A program made the position numbers and the translations under genes. This document shows, piece by piece, positions 14,800 through 29,438 of a DNA stretch of 64,000 bases (position 1 is its first letter; each line of letters starts with the position of its first letter). Origin of the DNA: Eledone cirrhosa (lineage: Eukaryota); assembly GCA_964016885.1 (NCBI GenBank), contig OZ024740.1, forward strand, positions 159,464,001 through 159,528,000. Direction: 5' to 3'. Under the pieces are notes generated by a model. The model did no database searches, was not told where the DNA came from, and saw only the letters and a program-made list of their open reading frames with translations.

Positions 14800-14909
14800 T
14801 TTTGTAATGCCAGAATGTATCATTATATTACACTCTGTCTAGCTCTACACCTCGCTACTGACGTGAACCTAAACATCGAGTGCTCACCTGGGTGAACCTA
14901 CAGTAACTG

Positions 14910-14944
<35 letters not shown>

Positions 14945-16641
14945 CTTTACGAAGCTAGCCGAAGGGACAGTTCCAGTTGTCTCTCACTCAATGATAATAC
15001 GTTTTGTTTAAATAAGAAATACAAACTCATTACTCAGAGTGCACACATACGTTAATCAGTAAGATAAACGACTACGTATGGGTATTGATATTAGTATATC
15101 AAATTTCCTCGGGCTTGGTGCATTAGTTTCTGTTTTCTGGCCTGTCAACAATAACTCAAATTGGAACCGCTATTCATAGTAGTTAGGTAATATCAGTAGA
15201 CATTACGTACTCTGACACCAAAGTACTTCGTCAGTGGGTAGTACCCTCCCAGAAATGGAAAGGTTTGTTTAAACGACTCGTACACGTCCCGTCGTTGTCA
15301 TAACAAATATTGTAGTTCTAGACTTGTAGTGACATGTGACCGCTCCTCGTATATACATTTGGAAATATCGAGTTCCGATCTGTTGATTGTAGAAGAATGA
15401 AAAAAGCCTTAATGTTAAAATAAGACCATTGTACAAGTAAGTTCATTCATATTTTCTTACAACATGGCCACGATGCTTTAACAAAGCGTGTATTCACTAA
15501 TTTTGTGGGTATTAAATATAAAGGGTCAAGCGCAATGGCTCGACGTGCCCGAATAATTGAACTCACGATTGTACATTAGTGAACCAAATATACTAAGTTC
15601 TATGGTGTGTTCCTTCACAGTTGACTTTAAAGTTAGGTTTGTACATTGTTTTACCAACAACATTTCTCGCTTTAGTAGGTACTATCAGAACAGCCACCCT
15701 TCGGGTGGTTTTCTGCTAGCATGTTTAGTGGTGCATATTGATATTATATGCAAATATATATATGCATTTAGATATGATACGTCAAATAAAATTGTAATCG
15801 ACAATATGCACAGAAATTGAACGAAGTCTGTGTTACACTCTCTTCTGTAATCAGTAAAGTAATTCAAAAAAGAGAAAATTATATATAAACTGCATATATG
15901 ATGAACTAAAATGTTATGAAAATGAAAAAGTAGAAAATTAGCGACGGATATATAAACCTTATATAACGATGCAAATATATAAGCGATATAATATAGAGTC
16001 CATTATATCATAACGGAAAGTATTGACATTTGAAAATTTCTAAAGAAGTGAATCTTGAAATAAACAATAAAATTATTTATATTTAATCAAGAGTTACGAA
16101 ATTTAGTACATAAATTATGTAATATTCATTCATTATTTATTCAAAGTAATCCAACTTATTTTACAAACGAGATAAAAGAAATATATTCTGGACGCAGTCC
16201 CGCACTCCTTATTTTTTCTTTCCCATTACCTTATCATGTTCCACTCCACCCCCTTTTTTTCATTTTTGTTTTCACTTCAAAAACCTTGTTTGTAAATAAC
16301 ATTATTCTTTCTTCACCATTTCCTTAACATGTTCAACATCACCAACATTTTACACCAATACAAATTCCTCCCTTTGATAATGCATAAAATGCTGAAACCG
16401 GTAATAGACAATTATTAAACATATAAATAAATAAATAAATGCCATTGTTAATTAATAAATAAATTAACTAATACCTTAACACTTCACACAAAGTAAAATA
16501 TTTTGTTTTAAACATTTTCTAACCCAGAAAAAAGAGAAAAACATAAAAGGGAAAGAAATATATTTTTCTTCCTAATAATCGTCTTTTTCTCCCTATTTTC
16601 ATATATGTATTCCAACTCGTGTGCTCCTTCTCCACATTTTA

Positions 16642-16730
<89 letters not shown>

Positions 16731-16815
16731 AGTTATTCCGGGGTGAATCGGAGGTAACCACAGTAAATAATAAGGTACTCAATACATAGCAGAGTATAAA
16801 AGTTTTAATATAGAT

Positions 16816-16868
16816 GAGATTCTACAGGACTAGAACTGTTTCATTCTTTAGAAATCATCAGGAATCTC
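16816..16868 (-). ncRNA. Type I hammerhead ribozyme within a ~145-bp pLTR fragment (16728-16872)
   Basis: gagattc-CTGATGA-tttctaaagaat-GAAA-cag ttctagtc ctg-TA-gaatctc. Stem I is a perfect 7 bp. Confidence 0.88.
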
Positions 16869-17043
16869 CTGATATATATATATATATAGTCTATACAAAC
16901 AAATACACACTCAGACACGAATACACACCAAACAGAAAACATACATACAAACGCATGCGCATACAAAGACAACAATAAATAAATGCATAAATAAAAATAA
17001 AAATGGCTTAGACATTACAATACAACCGGAGGAAACATAATAG

Positions 17044-17087
17044 TATCACTGATGATGTCACAGGTGTGTGATGAAAGAATTTTGATA
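17044..17087 (+). ncRNA. Minimal type I hammerhead in a diverged relative of the 20985-24460 pLTR
   Basis: tatca-CTGATGA-t gtcaca ggtg tgtgat-GAAA-gaat-TT-tgata. Upstream cgcatgcgca and aaaatggc motifs are shared with that pLTR. Confidence 0.7.
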
Positions 17088-17089
17088 GA

Positions 17090-17124
<35 letters not shown>

Positions 17125-17388
17125 TATCAAAATATTTATTGAGTTAGAAACTCAAAATTGTCTCTTACAATAAATTAGCTCTAGGAAAGAGATTTTTCCG
17201 AGCCGTATAATATAACTGAACAAAAAGGAAACACGAACACAGACATATACATAAATGTGTTCAAATCGTAAGGGATCAGATTCGCTAAGGTGAAAAGAAT
17301 ACTAACTATAGACAATAGGGTTTGCCAGACTTAATTTAAGAATAAATCAAGAAAGTAAATACAAACTGGAATTGTGGTAACTACCAAA

Positions 17389-17466
17389 CACCCGGACAGC
17401 TTTGATAATACTGTTTCGCAATATTAATTGTGAAGAGGAATACCAATTCTTGTTCATCAGCGGGTG
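17389..17466 (-). ncRNA. Type I hammerhead ribozyme (GUC site)
   Basis: cacccg-CTGATGA-acaa..ttgc-GAAA-cag..ctg-TC-cgggtg. Confidence 0.82.
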
Positions 17467-17705
17467 AAGAATTATTAGTATCCTGATCTCTTCTAAGTAT
17501 ATTAAAAAAAACAATATATACCTTAAATATATTCGGCTCCGTTAATTCGTCGAGCTAATTCAAATGTCGAGTAAACCCGGCTGCTATTTTTAGTGGTGTG
17601 AGTTTGTGAGACACGCTAAGTTCAGATACCATGTGCGTTCTTATATATACGCACACTATTCAGTTTTTTAATATACTTAGAAGTGACCAGGATACTATTA
17701 ATCCG

Positions 17706-17785
17706 TCACCCGCTGATGAGCAAGAATTGGTATTCCTCTTCACAATTAATATTGCGAAACAGTATTATCAAAGCTGTTCGGGTGA
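17706..17785 (+). ncRNA. Type I hammerhead ribozyme (GUU site)
   Basis: tcacccg-CTGATGA-gcaa..ttgc-GAAA-cag tattatcaaag ctg-TT-cgggtga. Stem I is a perfect 7 bp. Confidence 0.88.
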
Positions 17786-18014
17786 TTGGTAGTTACCACA
17801 ATTCCGGTTTGTATTTACTTTCTTGATTTATTCTTAAATTGAGTCTGGCAAAGCCTATTGTCTATAGTTAGTATTCTTTTCACCTTAGCGAATCTAGTCC
17901 CTAACGATTTGAACACATATATGTATATGTCTGTGTTCATTTTTCTTTTTGTTCAGTTATATATATTTATATCTATATTTTTAACCGTTGCTCAATCAAT
18001 GATTGCCAGCTAAA

Positions 18015-18929
18015 TTAACTATGGAGATATAAAATGCGGTATCGGGACTGTGTCAGGGGCACCTTGGCTGAGGAGCGTGTGAAGTGGAGACGTTTGATCA
18101 AGTCGGGTAGTGAACACTTTGAAACGTGTCGAAGAGAACACCTAACACTAAAAAGGAAGGTGAGAAAAAGAGACTGTTCTGAACTGTCTGCTGTGGAGCA
18201 ACGTCTGGTTTGCCAGCACTGTGGTCGAGTCTGCCTGAGTAAAGCTGGTTTGATTAGAACGAACAAAGTCATATCAGTAGTCCTCATGTAGATTTTGACC
18301 TGAAAAGGTGTAAGGAATATGGCAAGGAATGTGCTAGTATGAGAGGTCTTAAAAGACACATGAGAATACACAGCCAGAATAAAGCAATGGAAAGTCTCAG
18401 AGGAGCCTACAGTTGCCATGAGGGTGCACAAGTCTTTGGCTGGTTTAAAGAGCCATATTCGTGCCTCACATCTTTTAGCATTTTATCAGGCGATGGCAAT
18501 ACTCGAACACGAGTTTGCAGCCATTATATCTATGTATATGGATGTGTGCATGTATGTGTAGATATGTATGTATGTATATGTGTATGTAGGCAACCCTGAT
18601 GGTATCCAATGATGTTGACTTGTTCTTCTTTTTGGTAAATATCATCTTGGTTAAGAGAGTGGGACTGGCTTTGTGCAGTGTCTTTGCTCACTATAAAAGC
18701 TTCACAGCACAGGCATTGCTTTATATCTCGAGATCTCTCTGCACTTGTCGTCACATGGTACCATGGGCCCAGCACTATGTGTCAATAATTGTCACAAGTG
18801 TTGTATTTGTACCAGAGTTTTCAAGTCGCTGGCTGGACTAAAAAGTCACACTTGTTCAGCGCATCAGTAGGGGTTCTCCTACATCGATATAAAGTAGTGG
18901 CCGTACTCGAAAACGAGGTGGCAGCCACC

Positions 18930-18962
<33 letters not shown>

Positions 18963-19607
18963 TGTATGTATGTATGTATGTATGTATGTATGTATGTATG
19001 TATGTATGTATGGTTGGTGCTTCTGGTAACATGTATGCCAGTACAACCTGTCTCATGGTCGGGTCGTTGGCGACTAAATTGGCAACCCCACCAAGGTTTC
19101 TTGGTGAGGAGGGTGACTTTGGACATCCTGCAGGACTAAAAACAAAACCTGTCAAAGGGCAAAGAAGCTCTTAAGAGTCAATGGCCATCCAAAATCACCG
19201 GGAGAGATGACCCCTTAGCCTTTGTCAAGGCAGAATTATAGGAGAAGGAAAACTCTGATATAACATCTGCAACCCTGATGGTATCCAATGATGTTGACTT
19301 GTTCTTCTTTTTGGTAAATATCATCTTGGTTAAGAGAGTGGGACTGGCTTTGTGCAGTGCCTTTGCTCACTATAAAAGCTTCACGGCACAGGCATTGCTT
19401 TATATCTCGAGATCTCTCTGCACTTGTCGTCACATGGTTCCATGGGCCCAGCACTATGTGTCAATAATTGTCACAAGTGTAGTGTTTGTACCAGAGTTTT
19501 CAAGTTGCTGGCTGGACTAAAATGTCACTCGTTCAGCGCATTGGTAGGAGTTCTCCTACATGGATATAAAGTAGTGGCCGTACTCGAAAACGAGTTGGCA
19601 GCCACCA

Positions 19608-19610
<3 letters not shown>
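18015..19610 (+). mobile_element. Tandem array of RTE-type LINE 3' ends with C2H2 zinc-finger remnants, plus an RTE-like 5' segment
   Basis: WRRLIKSGSEHFE..KRKVRK..VCQHCGRVCLSKAGL, RGLKRHMRIH and CSVCTRVFKLLAGLKCH. Three ends share TACTCGAANACGAG..GCAGCCA(C/T)(C/T)ATA followed by a (TATG)n-type tail. 18590-18932 is duplicated at 19269-19610. Confidence 0.7.
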
Positions 19611-19673
<63 letters not shown>

Positions 19674-19680
<7 letters not shown>

Positions 19681-20753
19681 ATACTTTGGGAGGGTCATGT
19701 TGCCAATAAGAAACACACGCACCAGTTGCTTTCACTTCAATTTATTATATATTTATAAATTTATAAATTTACAAATCTACAAACTTTTAAGTTTCTGGTT
19801 GGTTGGTTGGTTCCAGAACCAGATAGTTGTTTATATATAGTCATAGTCCTTTCGTCACTCACTCTGTGACCTGGGGATTCCTTTCTTTGTTTCTGTGCCT
19901 TTCCTTTCTTCTGTCCTACGCCATTTTGTTTCTGTGTGTGTGTTGTGTGCTCAGTTTGCGCATGCGCCACATCCGGGTGTCTGTGTGTGTTTGTGTTCAT
20001 TTATCTATTTGTTTATTTATTTATTTATTTATTGTTGGTTGGTTGTTTGTTCTATGTGTGTGTGTGTTTTCATTTTGTCCTTAATTGTAAGTTGTGATGT
20101 TGCTGTTCCACTCATTTTCTATTTAATTTTGGTTGTAATTCTTTTATGCTTACTGCCTCTGTAATTTGCCTAAACATTGCATCTTTTCTGTGTGTGGATT
20201 CTATTTTTATTTCTATGTTCTCTAATTTACCCTTGTGTTCTATCTTAGCATGTTGGTAGAGTACAGATGATTCTTTATTATCTTGAAGGTCTCGCCAGTG
20301 TTCATTTATCCGTTCCAAACAACCAACCAACAACATGTAAATAAATAAACAAATAGATAAATGAACACAAACACACACAGACACCCGGATGTGGCGCATG
20401 CGCAAACTGAGCACACAACACACACACAGAAACAAAATGGCGTAGGACAGAAGAAAGGAAAGGCACAGAAACAAAGAAAGGAATCCGCAGTCACTGATGA
20501 GGTCACAGAGTGTGTGACGAAAGGACTATGACTATATATAAACAACTATCTGGTTGTGGAAACAACCAACCAACCAGAAACTTATAAGTTTGTAGATTTG
20601 TAAATTTATAAATTTATAAATATATAATAAATTGAAGTGAAAGCAACTGGTGCGTGTGTTTCTTATTGGCAACATGACCCTCCCAAAGTATAACAATATC
20701 GGTTTCAACACACGATTTCAGATAAAGAATCTTGCTAAACAAATTCAGAAACG

Positions 20754-20758
<5 letters not shown>
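19674..20758. mobile_element. PLE family A two-armed insertion (GIY-YIG C-terminus + pLTR; inverted pLTR + 60-nt tail)
   Basis: The left arm (minus) carries ERINEHWRDLQ..LYQHAKIEH..QITEAVSIKELQPKLNRK. Junction at ~20316. TA flanks. Confidence 0.92.
20489..20533 (+). ncRNA. Minimal type I hammerhead, family A pLTR
   Basis: agtca-CTGATGA-g gtcaca gagtg tgtgac-GAAA-ggac-TA-tgact. Confidence 0.85.
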
Positions 20759-20804
<46 letters not shown>

Positions 20805-20835
20805 TACATATATACATATATATATATATACATAT

Positions 20836-20991
<156 letters not shown>

Positions 20992-21564
20992 ATACTTTGG
21001 GAGGGTCATGTTGCCAATAAGAAACACACGCACCAGTTGCTTTCACTTCAATTTATTATATATTTATAAATTTATAAATTTACAAATCTACAAACTTATA
21101 AATTTCTGGTTGGTTGGTTGGTTCCACAACCAGATAGTTGTTTATATATAGTCATAGTCCTTTCGTCACACACTCTGTGACCTCTTCATTGACTGGGGAT
21201 TCCTTTCTTTGTTTCTGTGCCTTTCCTTTCTTCTATCCTACGCCATTTTGTTTCTGTGTGTGTGTTGTGTGCTCAGTTTGCGCATGCGCCACATCCAGGT
21301 GTCTGTGTGTGTTTGTGTTCAATTATCTATTTGTTTATTTATTTATTTATTTATTTATTTATTGTTGGTTGGTTGTTTGTTCTATGTGTGTGTGTGTTTT
21401 CATTTTGTCCTGTGTGTGTTTTCATTTTGTCCTTAATTGTAAGTTGTGATGTTACTGTTCCACTCATATTTTCTATTTAATTTTGGTTGTAATTCTTTTA
21501 TGCTTACTGCCTCTGTAATTTGCCTAAACATTGCATCTTTTCTGTGTGTGGATTCTATTTTTAT

Positions 21565-24094
21565 TTATATGTTCTCTAATCTACCCCTGTGTTCTATCTT
21601 AGCATGTTGGTAGAGCACAGATGATTCTTTATTATCTTGAAGGTCTCGCCAGTGTTCATTTATTCGTTCCCCTATACTACGAGCTGTCTCACCTATGTAC
21701 ACTATATTTTTGTTTCTACATTGTCCTTCAGTACATCTTATGCTATACACTACATTTCTAGTTTTACAGTTAATATGGGGGCTTATTTTACAGGTTATAC
21801 ATTTCTTATCTATACATGAGGGTCTTTGGAACGGGTATGTCTTGCTAATAAGTGTTTTTACGGAGGTACCTGGTCTTTCTACTATCTTAATATTGAGTTT
21901 ATGTTTATTTAGGGCCCTTCTAAATTTGTAGGCTAGTTCGCCTCTAGGGGTTGTATTGATGAACATTACACTCTGGTATTTATTGCTATCATACCATGAG
22001 TTTATTCTATTGGCCTTGTTCCTAGTTCTTTCTATTCTATTCCAAAATTTGCTCCTATACAAGGGGCAGGTCCCATTTATGTCATTATTTACCATTTTTT
22101 CCCATTTGGTTGTGGCTCCTCTATACACTCTGATTCTATCTCTCTGATTGTAGCCAGAGAACTGCATACGGTGGATGAAGTGTTGTATGTGTCTCTCTAG
22201 TTCTTCGGGGTTGCACATGCGGGACACATTTCTCATCACCCGTACCAAATCCGCAATCAGTATGTTGATTTTGGTATGGTCCGAAATGGCCGAGTTTCGG
22301 TGGATCAGATGTTTGGAAGTCATGGGTTTGGCATAATGGGAATGGAGGATTTGTTTTTGGTTGTTAATGGTATCTAACCAGAGCTCTGTGTCTAGTACAG
22401 GTATTCGATGGTTGGGGTGTCTACTTGGGTAGTCTATAGTAACTCTAATGCTCTGGTGGATGGAGTTTGCTATTTGCTGGATGCTTTCCATTGTGTTTTT
22501 CTCTAGTTCCTGACTGTTCTTTAGTGGGGGTGTCTTAACTACGATGTTTATATCATCTACGTAGCGGGAGTACATTATCAGGGTTAAGCTGTCTTCTAAT
22601 TGTTCTTTAAGTTTTTGTTTAAGTCTACTGTCCCACCATACCATGAATAAGTTAGCTATGTCGCCTGCAATGCTAACACCAATGGCTGCTCCTTCCTCTT
22701 GGGCATATGTTTTACCATTAAATTTGAACATATGTTCCTTAAGGGTTAATTTTATGCTGGCCCCTACCGCATGTGCAATCATTTTCTTCAGTTCATCGTG
22801 GTTTTCGGGTGTCCGTATGGCTCTGGTCCACCCGTTCCATCTATCTGTGTGGGTTTTCTTGGCCATTGAGGTAATGGTAGGTGGTCTGCCTCTTGCTGAT
22901 CTTGTAGGGCACAGGTTGCTAAGGTCATAAGTGTCTAGGTAACTATTACTATGGGTAAGCTTAAGTAGAAGTCCCAGCTCACTGGTATCAATCCCACGGA
23001 ACTCAACCTTGCTCTCGCTGATCATTTCTACGCATTTCTCCACAGCAAAATCCACGTCAATAGATGGATACAGGGACACAACATCCATACTGCCTATTAT
23101 GCAGTTTCTTAGGTCCCCAGATCGGTTACTCGCGCCGATTCTGCTGAGGAGGTCCTCCGTGCTGTCACATATATCTGGGGACATCTCAATGATGGGGCGA
23201 ATGATCAGGGAGAGGAAGTAGGACAGTCTGTAGTTACTAGCAATGTTAGCCCCACAGACTGGCCGTGTTGGTGGTCCCGCGACAGGGTCACAGCCCGTTT
23301 TATGGTCTTTTCGAAGCCCATACAACGCCGGCACGTCATTGTTCCAGGCCTGGAAGTTGTTGGCAGTCCTTTTGTTGGGCTGCATTATATTCGTCCACAT
23401 CACCATATGGGCATTGAGGGCTTTTTCTCTATCCTCATGCTCCTGTGGTGTTACCTCTCTTGTGTTAGTGATGTGGGGTTGCATTGCCTGGATGTAGTTT
23501 GGCAGGCTGTCAACCGACATTCTGCCAGACTTGTTTGTTGGAAAGTATGCTATCTCTCCATTACGCGAGCGCTGCATGAGCTTACGCAAGCCATTTGCAG
23601 ATTTTTCTCCCAGTTGCTGGGCCTCTATTCTATTATGCTTCTTGCTATACTGTTCTATAATATTTCTAAGTTCGGATTCAGCTATACTAAATTGTGCTTC
23701 TGTTTGTTCATCGACCTGCGACGGCAACTGCGTGCGTTTGTTAAATGGTAAAGTCGTGGCGTGGACTCGTCGCAGGTCGAATGATTTATCGGAGGGATTA
23801 TAAAACGGAGAGTTCCAGGCTGCTGCTTTATGTGTACTAGTGTTATTGTTATTGTTAGTTGTGTTGTTTCTATTTCTATTTCCACCAACAGCCTCATGGT
23901 TGTTTCTATGTCTCTCATAATTACTCCTGTCTCTTTCCACTGGCTCAATGTTGTTATCTACCCTATTTTGTGTGTCTATGTGTTCGTCTTGGTTATTCTC
24001 TTTGTCCTTAGTCTCCCATCTCCTTTTCCTTTTAATCCTATTACTTTCCCTTATTTCTCTGATTTCTGTGCTACTGTCATTACTTGTTTTCTGT
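21565..24094 (-). pseudogene. PLE reverse transcriptase-GIY-YIG endonuclease ORF (5'-truncated, premature stop)
   Basis: LYGLRKDHK..TRPVCG, GSMDVVSLYPSI, QEEGAAIG, RYVDD, IPVLD and CKTRNVVYSIRC..YIGETARSIGERINEH. The TAA at 21565-21567 is GAA in the sibling copy (20211-20213). The first ~24 aa of the ORF-track call come from the inverted pLTR. Confidence 0.93.
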
Positions 24095-24187
24095 GCATGC
24101 GCAAACTGAGCACACAACACACACACAGAAACAAAATGGCGTAGGATAGAAGAAAGGAAAGGCACAGAAACAAAGAAAGGAATCCCC

Positions 24188-24232
24188 AGTCACTGAAGAG
24201 GTCACAGAGTGTGTGACGAAAGGACTATGACT
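24188..24232 (+). ncRNA. Minimal type I hammerhead, family A pLTR
   Basis: agtca-CTGAAGA-ggtcacagagtgtgtgac-GAAA-ggac-TA-tgact. Confidence 0.83.
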
Positions 24233-24457
24233 ATATATAAACAACTATCTGGTTGTGGAACCAACCAACCAACCAGAAATTTATAAGTTTGTAGATTTGT
24301 AAATTTATAAATTTATAAATATATAATAAATTGAAGTGAAAGCAACTGGTGCGTGTGTTTCTTATTGGCAACATGACCATCCCAAAGTATAACAATATCG
24401 GTTTCAACACACGATTTCAGATAAAGAATCTTCTTGCTAAACAAATTCAGAAACGAA

Positions 24458-25953
<1,496 letters not shown>

Positions 25954-26898
25954 TAGTACCTAGGTAAAATTGTCTGTGAGGGCTGGTGATCATATATGCA
26001 TTAACGTCCACATAATTGACATTTTCTTTCGTATTTTCGTGATTTGGTTTCTAGATCATTGTCGAAGTATACAAATACAGCAACTTTGATGGTCGTATGA
26101 AAGGTAATTGGCAGTGATTGTTGCGTACATGTGTAATTCCATTATAAATGGTTCCCAGATTCAGAGAATATCAAACACTAGGTCATGACACCTGCCTCAA
26201 ATATTTGTGCGGCTTGAAATTTCCTGAAATTAAACCTTGGAAATTCAGGATCGGTGGAAGCATTTCTGAATTGGGCTGAGATGTGTGTGTGTGTGTGGGG
26301 GGGGGGGGGGGTATTTGGTCAATTTAGTTGTAGTGATTAGTTTAGCTGTTATTATCAAATATCAACCATGATATAGAAATCTTCGATATGCGATAAACAT
26401 ACATTGTACATACATTATAAACGTACATGTACCTACATTATAGCTCATATACAAATAGATGTGTGTTTAGTAGTTTGGGAAGAAAAATATAATTATTGGT
26501 GGGGTGGGGTGAGGGGGGGGGGGCATGTCTCCCACCACCCCTCTAATTCGGAAAAAAAACAACATTTCTATGGAATGTTGTTCTCTTCTCTTTTGAATAT
26601 TTGGTTTAGTGGACGTATTTCTGTATGCTGCTGCTGTTTAGCAGATATCTGAGTAATACCGTGTGGTACTCAATGGTTATTCCCACTGATCTTAAGCTTC
26701 TTCCCCTTCTTTTCTTGTATACCACGAGTGTATATTTGCACACACACACACACATATATATATGTATAAACATATATATGCATATACATATATATATATG
26801 CATATACATATATATATGTGTGTGTGTATATATATCTAAGTATAGAGATGTGCGTGTGTATGTATATGTATATTTATGTATATATATATATATATATT

Positions 26899-26963
<65 letters not shown>

Positions 26964-27000
26964 GTATGTATATTTGTGTGTATATATATATATATATATT

Positions 27001-27093
<93 letters not shown>

Positions 27094-27110
27094 GTATGTA
27101 TATTTGTGTG

Positions 27111-27168
<58 letters not shown>

Positions 27169-27219
27169 TATTAATTTGCATACATACAAATATAGAAATT
27201 TATATATATATATTATTTA

Positions 27220-27301
<82 letters not shown>

Positions 27302-28116
27302 TGTGCGCGTGTGTGTGCGTGCGTATGTATCTGTGTTCATATGTGCAAATGTATTTGTTATTTTTGAGTGGCAGATCAAAACAGTGAAAAGACTTTTGAA
27401 AACTATTTGCAAAAGCTTTGCAAAACAACTGCACCGTCACACAATGTTGAATAAGGAAGGGATATCTCAGATAAACTGTAAAAGTCGATAATAAAACAAT
27501 GATAAGTACTAGCTGAAAAGAAAAGAAACACATGTGTAGGAGAAATATCAAAATCAACGATCTAAAGACGAAGCCTCAACGTGGTCGCTCGATCTGCTAG
27601 AAATAAAAGACAAACCTCCCTGAAATTATACTCTACCGCCTTACAAATATATAGGAGGTGTTATTGGATAGTGTATGTACTAAGTAAATAAAATTGATTG
27701 GTCACGACTGGAACATTTTTGATGATAGATGAGATGGTCATGGCTGGAATTGATTTGATCAAAGGCCTGCCCGATAAAGAAGAGACCTGGTACTAAAGAA
27801 CAACAGCCACATATAAGGACAGGTCACATTAAATATTGTTGTCTTACTGCGAAAACGTGCTGGCCTTGCCCTGAATAACTTTGATCATAGACCAGCTCAT
27901 TGAGGTTTGACCTGCAGCTAGACAATAAGTAACTACCAGCTTAGAAAAGGTAAAATTTGATAAACTATTCCTGGATTAAAAATAAAAGGTTTCCATTATC
28001 TGGGGATAGGAAAAGACTCAGTGGATAATGTTGTCCTACTTTTGCCTTTGTCCGCCGAACTGTTTTCAGTCTGGTATTTTTAAGGATCGCTTTGGAGAAC
28101 AGCCTAAGAGACACAA

Positions 28117-28186
<70 letters not shown>

Positions 28187-28189
<3 letters not shown>

Positions 28190-28535
28190 TGTACGTCCCT
28201 ATTATTCGCAGAATTTTCCTTAGAACCTAACTAATAATTGTTCGTGGAAACCACACCATATTCGCAGAATCGTAAATATCTTCCACAATTTTTTATGGCT
28301 CTTTTCGTGGTAATATATATATATGTTAACGCTAAATTATTAATAGCAATATACCCTATTTGCTGGTCAATTGGACGTTCCTTTGCATAAGACGCTCCCT
28401 CTTTTTTATTATATTTTACGTTATAGTTTGACATTTATTGGTATTTTTATGGACCGGGTACAATTTTCGCGGTTTTCACTCTTCGCTGATGCTCAAGATA
28501 GGAACGTAACCCCCGCGAATACCCGGGGAAAACTG
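28187..28535. mobile_element. Tc1/mariner-pogo-like MITE
   Basis: Termini CAGT..TATTCGC / GCGAATA..ACTG, located in a TA tract. Inverted homologue at 30375-30684. Confidence 0.75.
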
Positions 28536-28563
28536 TGTATATATATATCAATATATATATATA

Positions 28564-28673
<110 letters not shown>

Positions 28674-28684
28674 TATATACATAC

Positions 28685-28739
<55 letters not shown>

Positions 28740-29011
28740 AAAAAGATCAGCAAGGTTCAACAATTAATACATCTGAAATACCTTTCGCTAATCTGGATAA
28801 AGAATAAACCACATCAGAGCTTTAAATACCTGAACGCTTTACTGTTGTATTATCAACGTATATAATTTTCCTTATATATATCAAAAGAATCCTGCATCTC
28901 CTATGCATTTTGTCTGACGAGAACATGTTTTGGATTATGTTATACATAAGCCTGGCATCTTTGACATATGTATAATAAAATAAATAGAGATGATCTAAAG
29001 TAACTATCTTT

Positions 29012-29153
29012 TGGCAGTATCGGTAGAAGGTCGGACGCCATGCTTTACAGCATAGAATTACGCCCCTTTATGGTCTGAGTTCAAATCAAGCTGAGATTAA
29101 CTTTGCCTTTCATCGTTACGGAGTCGATAAAATAGAGTACCAGTAATGTACTG
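29012..29153 (+). mobile_element. tRNA-derived SINE (abundant family)
   Basis: B-box GAGTTCAAATC followed by TTAACTTTGCCTTTCATC..GTCGATAAAATA.AGTACCAG. More than 10 copies in the window. Confidence 0.8.
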
Positions 29154-29438
29154 AATCAAATGGTTGACAAAATGAGCAAATTTTAATGTCACCCAATGCT
29201 CCAACATAAACTAAAGAAGAAAAATGTCTTCAAGATAGCGTTGTCGTTAAAATATTGGATTTAATTTAATTTTGTGAGTAGAATCTTAATTTTGTTACGA
29301 ATCTCTACGACTAAAATATTTCATATTTGATACGCCCCACCCAAAAGGACTTTACATATATATATATATATATATTTCTCTCTCCTTTTCCACCTGGCTT
29401 TTTGATTTATAAAAGGCCTCGGGCGCACCCGAACTACA

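Larger units (their letters stand above)
17119..17962. mobile_element. Two-armed non-coding PLE pLTR insertion (~300-bp inverted repeats)
   Basis: 17210-17507 is the reverse complement of 17665-17962. The left arm has a ~90-nt extension. TA flanks on both sides, with one HHR per arm. Confidence 0.85.

Noticed and set aside
18190-18380. Host C2H2 zinc-finger gene
   Set aside because: The fingers are frameshifted and sit in the LINE C-terminal/3'-end context.
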